A DNA stretch of 64,000 nucleotides from an uncultured Gammaproteobacteria bacterium (GTDB taxonomy: Bacteria; Pseudomonadota; Gammaproteobacteria; JAURND01). Positions 58,104-64,000 of this stretch are shown piece by piece (the stretch's first letter is position 1; the number at the start of each line of letters is the position of its first letter). A program made the translations under genes and the position numbers. The notes beneath the pieces are model-generated. The model was not told the DNA's origin, ran no database searches, and saw nothing but the letters and a program-made list of their open reading frames with translations. The DNA lies in NCBI GenBank assembly GCA_963714975.1, contig CAVQQD010000002.1:768001-832000 (forward strand), given 5' to 3'.

Positions 58104-60392
58104 ATGTATGTCTGGATAACGGCTTGGCTGTTTGGCATTACTGCCATTCGATGGATTTCTGTATTTCCTCCAATTACTTATCTCCTGATTGCTATTATCG
58201 TCTTAGTGGCTATAGGCTACTTTTCTCCTCGCGCAATTAAACCCGTTATCTTTTGGTTTCTGATTATGTTATTGGGTTTTACTTGGGTTGCTTGGCAGGC
58301 AAAGCGTGTTTTAGTTTGGCATCTACCGGATTTATATGAAGGAAAGCTAGTGCATATTTCAGGATATATTTCATCATTGCCCCAAGCTATAGACCATGGC
58401 ACGCAATTTGAGTTTAATTTATTAAAGCTTGAAGGTAAGGAACAATCGACTAAGTTGCGTCTAGCCTGGTATCAATTTTCAGGCTATAAATTACAGGTAG
58501 GCGATTTGTGGCAATTACAGGTACGACTAAAAAAGTCCCATGGTCTTTTTAACCCAGGAGGGTTTGATTATGAGCAATGGTTATTTGCAAAAGGTATTCG
58601 CGCGACCGGCTCTGTTGTTAATAGTCAGTATAATCAACGGCTAGCTTTTAACCAATATCATCATTTCATTGATCGTTGGCGGCAGCACTTACAAGTTAAA
58701 ATTCAAAAAATCTTATCTGGGCAACGCACAGCAGGATTGATTACTGCACTCATCATGGGAGCCCAAGATGATATTAACTTCGCGCAGTGGGAGATTATGC
58801 GTGCCACAGGCACAAACCATCTTATGGCAATTGCTGGAGTTCATATTGGTTTTGTATATGGATTTATTTATTTTTTAGCACAACGGATTTGGCGTCGTTT
58901 CCCTTATTTGCTTTTGTATTTACCAGCGTATCAGGCAGCTGCATTAATAGCATTTATAGCTGCCCTGGTCTATAGTGCTTTAGCTGGGTTTGCCCTACCT
59001 GCCCAACGGGCCCTGATCATGTTATCGGTATTTTTATCAGGACTTTTTTTGCGCCGAGAATTGTCTTCTTGGAATGCGTGGGCACTGGCTTTGGGTTTAG
59101 TGCTACTTTGGGATCCATTGGCCGTTTTATCGATTAGTTTTTGGTTATCTTTTATTGCGGTGGCGTCGATTTTGTATGGCATTGGCGGGCGGTTAAGACC
59201 CAAAGGCTTTTGGTGGAAATACGGGCGGGTTCAATGGGTGATTAGTCTAGGTTTAGTACCCGTGACCCTGTGGCTCTTTCAGCAAGCTTCCCTGGTTTCT
59301 TTATTAGCTAACTTAGTTGCAGTTCCAGCACTTGGTTTTTTGATTTTGCCCTTGTGTTTAACTGGGGCTTTAGCTTTGATGATTTCCGATTCATTGGCTT
59401 CTGGGTTATTGTTGGCAGCAGCCAAAATAATTGAATTGTTGTGGCAAGTGCTTGCTTGGTTTGCTCATCTCGGTGGGGCGGTGTGGCACAGTTCAGTATC
59501 CAATGGCTATTTGTTGTTAGCTACCAGCATCGGTGTCATTTTATTGTTGGTGCCCCGTGGATTTCCAGGCTATTGGTTTGGCCTATTTTGGCTGTGCCCG
59601 GTCATTTTTTATCAACCCGCCTCCCCCAAATTAGGAGCACTACGCTTTAGTTTGCTTGATGTAGGTCAAGGCTTAGCCACAGTCATACAAACTGCCAATC
59701 ATTCGCTTATTTTTGACACCGGTCCTCCAATGGGATCCCTCGACGACGCAGGCCAACGGGTGATTTTGCCATATTTACAAGCTGTGGGTATTTCTCGAAT
59801 TGATCAATTGATTGTTAGTCACGGAGATAGTGACCATAGTGGAGGTGCGCGCTCGCTGTTGAAGCATTTACCTATCACGAAAATTCTCACCAGTGTTCCA
59901 GAACGTTTTAGGCAATCCGCTCAGTTATGTATAGCTGGACAACATTGGCAATGGGATGGCGTTAATTTTGAGATTCTCTATCCTACGCTAACATGGCTGC
60001 ATCAGGGTAATAATAGTTCCTGTGTACTACGTATTGAGGTAGCTAATAGAGTAATTTTAATTCCAGGCGATATTGAAAAACCCGCTGAAGAGTATTTACT
60101 GAAACAAGCTACGTTACAGGCCGACATTTTAATAGCCCCCCATCATGGTAGCAAAACTTCTTCGACTTCGGGTTTTGTAAGTCAAGTCCATCCGCGCTAT
60201 GTCTTATTTCCTATTGGCTACAGAAATCGTTACCATTTTCCGCATAAAACGGTAATAGCAAGATATCAAAACATCCAGTCTCTGTTGTTCAATACCGCAG
60301 AGAGTGGGGCGATTATTGCCGATATCGATGCTAATGGGGTGATTAACATTACTCAGTATCGCCAACAAAATCGACGAATTTGGCATAATTAG
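58104..60392 (+). CDS. comEC: DNA uptake channel ComEC/Rec2
   Basis: NPGGFDYEQW, HLMAIAGVH, LDVGQG, SHGDSDHSGG, PHHGSKTSS. Confidence 0.95.
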   Translation: MYVWITAWLFGITAIRWISVFPPITYLLIAIIVLVAIGYFSPRAIKPVIFWFLIMLLGFTWVAWQAKRVLVWHLPDLYEGKLVHISGYISSLPQAIDHGTQFEFNLLKLEGKEQSTKLRLAWYQFSGYKLQVGDLWQLQVRLKKSHGLFNPGGFDYEQWLFAKGIRATGSVVNSQYNQRLAFNQYHHFIDRWRQHLQVKIQKILSGQRTAGLITALIMGAQDDINFAQWEIMRATGTNHLMAIAGVHIGFVYGFIYFLAQRIWRRFPYLLLYLPAYQAAALIAFIAALVYSALAGFALPAQRALIMLSVFLSGLFLRRELSSWNAWALALGLVLLWDPLAVLSISFWLSFIAVASILYGIGGRLRPKGFWWKYGRVQWVISLGLVPVTLWLFQQASLVSLLANLVAVPALGFLILPLCLTGALALMISDSLASGLLLAAAKIIELLWQVLAWFAHLGGAVWHSSVSNGYLLLATSIGVILLLVPRGFPGYWFGLFWLCPVIFYQPASPKLGALRFSLLDVGQGLATVIQTANHSLIFDTGPPMGSLDDAGQRVILPYLQAVGISRIDQLIVSHGDSDHSGGARSLLKHLPITKILTSVPERFRQSAQLCIAGQHWQWDGVNFEILYPTLTWLHQGNNSSCVLRIEVANRVILIPGDIEKPAEEYLLKQATLQADILIAPHHGSKTSSTSGFVSQVHPRYVLFPIGYRNRYHFPHKTVIARYQNIQSLLFNTAESGAIIADIDANGVINITQYRQQNRRIWHN

Positions 60393-61310
60393 TTTTCAAT
60401 TAACCTCCGAGGGGTAATCCAACCATCCTCAAGCACTTCTCCCACCCCAAAAAATTGGCCACTACGGCGAACCAGGCGGAATCCAGCCTCTTGAAATATT
60501 GTTTGGAGGAACAATACGTTGACCGCGCTTTAAATAATAAATGGCTGCCTCGGATAATTCTAGCTCTGGCCAGGTACTAATTGAGGTATCTATAGGCAAT
60601 AAGTAGTTATCCAATTGCTCTCTAGCTTGGGCTTGGTGAAGAGTTTCCAGGTGAGATAGGGTATGCATTTGTTCTGCGAAATAAGGACCTGCTCTTAAAC
60701 GCCGCAGTGCTATGACATGGGCGCCACAACCTAAAGCTTTCCCTATGTCTTCTACTAAGGTACGAACATAGGTGCCCTTACTACAATGCACAGAAAAACG
60801 ACATTCATCTTCCCAATGTTGCAGGAGCGTTAAGGAATGGATAGTAATTTGCCGCGGTTCGCGTTCTATTTCAATTCCTTGGCGTGCTAATTTGTATAAG
60901 GGCTGTCCATGATATTTAATTGCAGAAAACATCGAGGGGATTTGTTCAATGGCGCCAATAAATGCTTGGAAAACATCCTCGAGTGCGCGAATAGAAAGGG
61001 CAGGGACGGGGTGCTGAGCTAACACTTTACCTTCTCGATCTCCAGTGGTGGTAGTCACACCTAGTTTTAAAGTTACAACATAGTGTTTGTCTGCTTCTAA
61101 AAGGTATTGACTAAATTTAGTGGCTTCACCAAAGCAAAGCGGCAACATACCACTGGCTAAAGGATCTAAGCTTCCGGTGTGGCCTGCTTTACGTGCCTGG
61201 TAAAGTCGTTTAACGATTTGTAAGGCGGCATTAGAAGACATACCTTCTGGTTTATCTAACAGCAGGATTCCATTCACCGCACGACCTGAATTGCGTGATT
61301 TAATAGACAT
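60389..61310 (-). CDS. truB: tRNA pseudouridine(55) synthase; one extra base near 60478
   Basis: KAGHTGSLDPLASG, CSKGTYVRTL. Removing one C restores the C-terminus RGWIRLVRRSGQFFGVGEVLEDGWITPRRLIEN*. Confidence 0.93.
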
Positions 61311-61321
61311 GGGGGGCCTTC

Positions 61322-61663
61322 TTATTTTTTTAATGCTTCATCTATTAAAGTACTTAGATGAGCAGCGTTACTAATAGAGCTGTCGTAAACAAATTTTAAT
61401 TTTGGAGTAATGCGTAAATTAAGTGAATGAGCTAATTGCGTACGAAAAAACCCGCTGGCTTTATTGAGAGCAGCTAAAACTTTTTGCGGATGTGTTTCAT
61501 CGAGTAAACTGATATAAATGTTCGCGTGCGCCATGTCTACCGAGAGCTCTACAGCGGTTATGCTGACAAGACGAAAGCGAGGATCATTGGCTTTTGTTTG
61601 TAATAAACCAGAGAGGGTGTGTTGAATTTGATCCGCTACACGTTGGATATGAAAGGTAGTCAC
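61322..61663 (-). CDS. rbfA: Ribosome-binding factor A
   Basis: QRVADQI, DPR, LRITPKLKFVYDSSI. Confidence 0.93.
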   Translation of the reverse strand: MTTFHIQRVADQIQHTLSGLLQTKANDPRFRLVSITAVELSVDMAHANIYISLLDETHPQKVLAALNKASGFFRTQLAHSLNLRITPKLKFVYDSSISNAAHLSTLIDEALKK

Positions 61664-61675
61664 TTAAAATTACTC

Positions 61676-64000
61676 TTATAATTTTCTAGCTACTTCAGTG
61701 GTTTCGAAAACTTCTATTTGGTCACCTGGTCTGATATCGTTATAGTCTTTTACTCCAATACCACACTCTGTTCCGCTACGCACCTCGCTTACATCTTCTT
61801 TGAAGCGTCTCAATGATTCCAATTTGCCAGTAAACACCACTACATTGTCACGCAAAACACGAGTGGGATTATTACGTCGGATTGAACCATCAATGACCAA
61901 ACAACCTGCAATTGCTCCAAATTTTGAAGAACGAAAAACATCTCGGACTTCAGCAAGACCAAGGATGGTTTCACGATATTCAGGTTTGAGCATCCCACTA
62001 AGCGCTGCTTTGATCTCATCAATTAAATTATAAATAACGCTGTAATATCGCAGATCAACATCTTCGCTTTCTACTAGTTTTCGTGCACTATTATCAGCAC
62101 GCACATTAAACCCAATTAAAATAGCAGAAGAAGCAATGGCCAAATTGACGTCGGATTCGGTGATCCCACCAACCCCACTGGCAATAATATTAACTTTAAC
62201 TTCAGTTGTTGCAAGTTTCATTAAGGCGTCGTTGATTGCTTCTACGGAACCTTGAACGTCTCCTTTCAAGACCACGTTGAGGGTACTGATTTTTCCCTCA
62301 CCCATTTGCGAGAAAATATTTTCCAGCTTAGCAGCGCGTTGTCTAGCGAGTTTAATCTCCCGATATTTACCTTGTCTGAATAAAGCGACTTCACGCGCTT
62401 TTTTCTCGGAAGGTACTACCATTGCCTCATCGCCTGCGCTAGGTGTGCCAGATAAACCAAGAATTTCTACGGGAGTGGAAGGAGTAGCTTGATCCCGTAG
62501 CTTGACCTAAATCACCCACCATCGCTCGTACGCGACCATATTCTCCTCCTGCGAGTAAAATATCACCCTTATGTAACGTGCCCCTTTGTACCAAAATGGT
62601 GGCAACAGGGCCGCGTCCTTTATCTAGGCGCGATTCAATCACAATACCTCTGGCGGGGGTTGCAATAGGTGCTTTTAGTTCTAATATGTCAGCTTGTAGT
62701 AATATGCGGTCAAGTAACTCATCAATGCCCATGCCTGTTTTTGCTGAGATAGGTTGGAACATAGTATCTCCACCCCATTCTTCGGCAATGACCTCGTATT
62801 TAGATAGTTCTGTACGCACACGATCTGGGTCAGCATCAGGTTTATCCATTTTGTTAATGGCGACAATAATAGGAACTTTGGCAGCTTTCGCATGTTGAAT
62901 AGCTTCTATTGTTTGTGGCATCACGCCATCATCTGCTGCCACTACCAGGATCACGATATCGGTGCATTTGGCCCCTCGAGCACGCATGGCGGTGAATGCC
63001 TCATGCCCTGGAGTATCTAAGAAGGTAATCATCCCCTTGCGAGTATTAACTTGATAAGCACCAATATGTTGAGTGATGCCGCCAGCTTCGCTACTCGTTA
63101 CTTTGGTTCGACGGATATAATCGAGTAAAGAGGTTTTCCCATGATCAACATGGCCCATAATCGTCACGACCGGTGCACGCGACACTGATTCTTGTGCATT
63201 AGGCTGTTCCTGTAATAAGCTTTCTTCCAATGCATTCATACTGATCAGTTTTGGGATATGCCCCATTTCTTGCACAACAATGGCTGCTGTTTCTTGATCA
63301 ATCACTTGATTAATGGTGACGATGGCGCCAAGTTTCATCATGGCCTTAATAACTGCAGCAGCTTTCACGGACATTTTTTGGGCCAGATCAGCCACAGTAA
63401 TTGTTTCAGGTATCGGGACTTCACGGACAATCGGAGTTGTAGGTTTGGAAAAGGCATGTTCTCGTAGGGAATGAGCTTGTTTTTTGGTTTTCTATAGCGC
63501 GGAGTCTCAAACTCTTCCTCTGCATCTAAAGCTAAGTGCCCTCGTCGTTCTCCGGTTCGCCGTTCTTTTTTCTTTTTAGAAGGTTTCCTTTCTTCTTCGA
63601 AGGTGACAGGTTTGCTGGGTTTGGGTGGTTCTGCTGAAGGTTCTGCTGTTGTAACAGGAGATTCAACAGTTTTGATAGTCGCCCCGGCTTCAGAAGTAAT
63701 TGGTTCAACTGTCGTAGGGGTTGCCGCCTCAGCAACTGAAGCGGGAACTTCCGCTGGGGGAACTTCTTCCACAGGTTTTGCTGGAACAACGACTTGTTTT
63801 TTACGCTGGAAAATTACCTTAACTGAACTTTTCCCCCCTTGTTGACGTAGAGTATCTACCTTGGTATGAGTAAAAGTGACTTTTTTATCCGTGCTCGGCG
63901 TGGTAAGGGTGGCGCTACCTTGGGCACTTTTTAAGAACAGTCAATAAGGCTCTTTTTTGTTCCGCAGTCAGGGGTTGATTTGGGCTCGTCACAGTAACGC
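61676..64000 (-). CDS. infB: Translation initiation factor IF-2 (5' end outside the window; three apparent indels)
   Basis: [27 protein letters not shown]. Frame breaks at about 62495 (extra G), 63480-63485 (missing A) and 63930-63940. Confidence 0.95.

Noticed and set aside
61676-64000. infB pseudogene or programmed frameshifting
   Set aside because: Essential gene with mixed +1/-1 single-base breaks and no in-frame decay; sequencing error is more likely.
1-64000. tRNA, rRNA, prophage or anti-phage defence genes
   Set aside because: None recognised by eye; the RecQ and the methyltransferase-TPR genes lack defence-type partners. A tRNAscan/Infernal run would be needed to exclude small RNAs.

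Overview
Chromosomal window from a Gammaproteobacterium that looks like an intracellular Legionellales/Coxiellaceae-type organism. This is inferred from gene content, effector-like orphans, PmrA-like boxes and a SidB/SdbA-like hydrolase. Core blocks are yfgM-bamB-der-greA, yceD, rpmF-plsX-fabH-fabD-fabG-acpP-fabF-mltG-tmk-scpA, rluB-scpB, fabV, a CBS/CGL pair, comEC and infB-rbfA-truB. They are interleaved with orphan membrane or coiled-coil proteins (candidate Dot/Icm effectors), one complete IS4-family element that disrupts a hydrolase, and two families of palindromic repeats, some inserted in coding frames. The most striking region is the AT-rich block at 36.9-51.4 kb. Its minus strand encodes an outer-membrane barrel, an MshEN-GT2 glycosyltransferase, ManC, a cation/H+ antiporter, two cupin + heme-oxygenase-like diiron oxidase (HDO) paralogs that have degenerated reciprocally, a PLP enzyme and a PrnA-like tryptophan halogenase. 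This run converges on a PAS-PAS-GGDEF-EAL / stand-alone homologous cupin / FadL-like channel operon. It may be an undescribed system for making and sensing a halogenated indole. Single-base frameshifts occur even in infB and truB, so the assembly probably contains indel errors and other frameshifts here should be read with that in mind.
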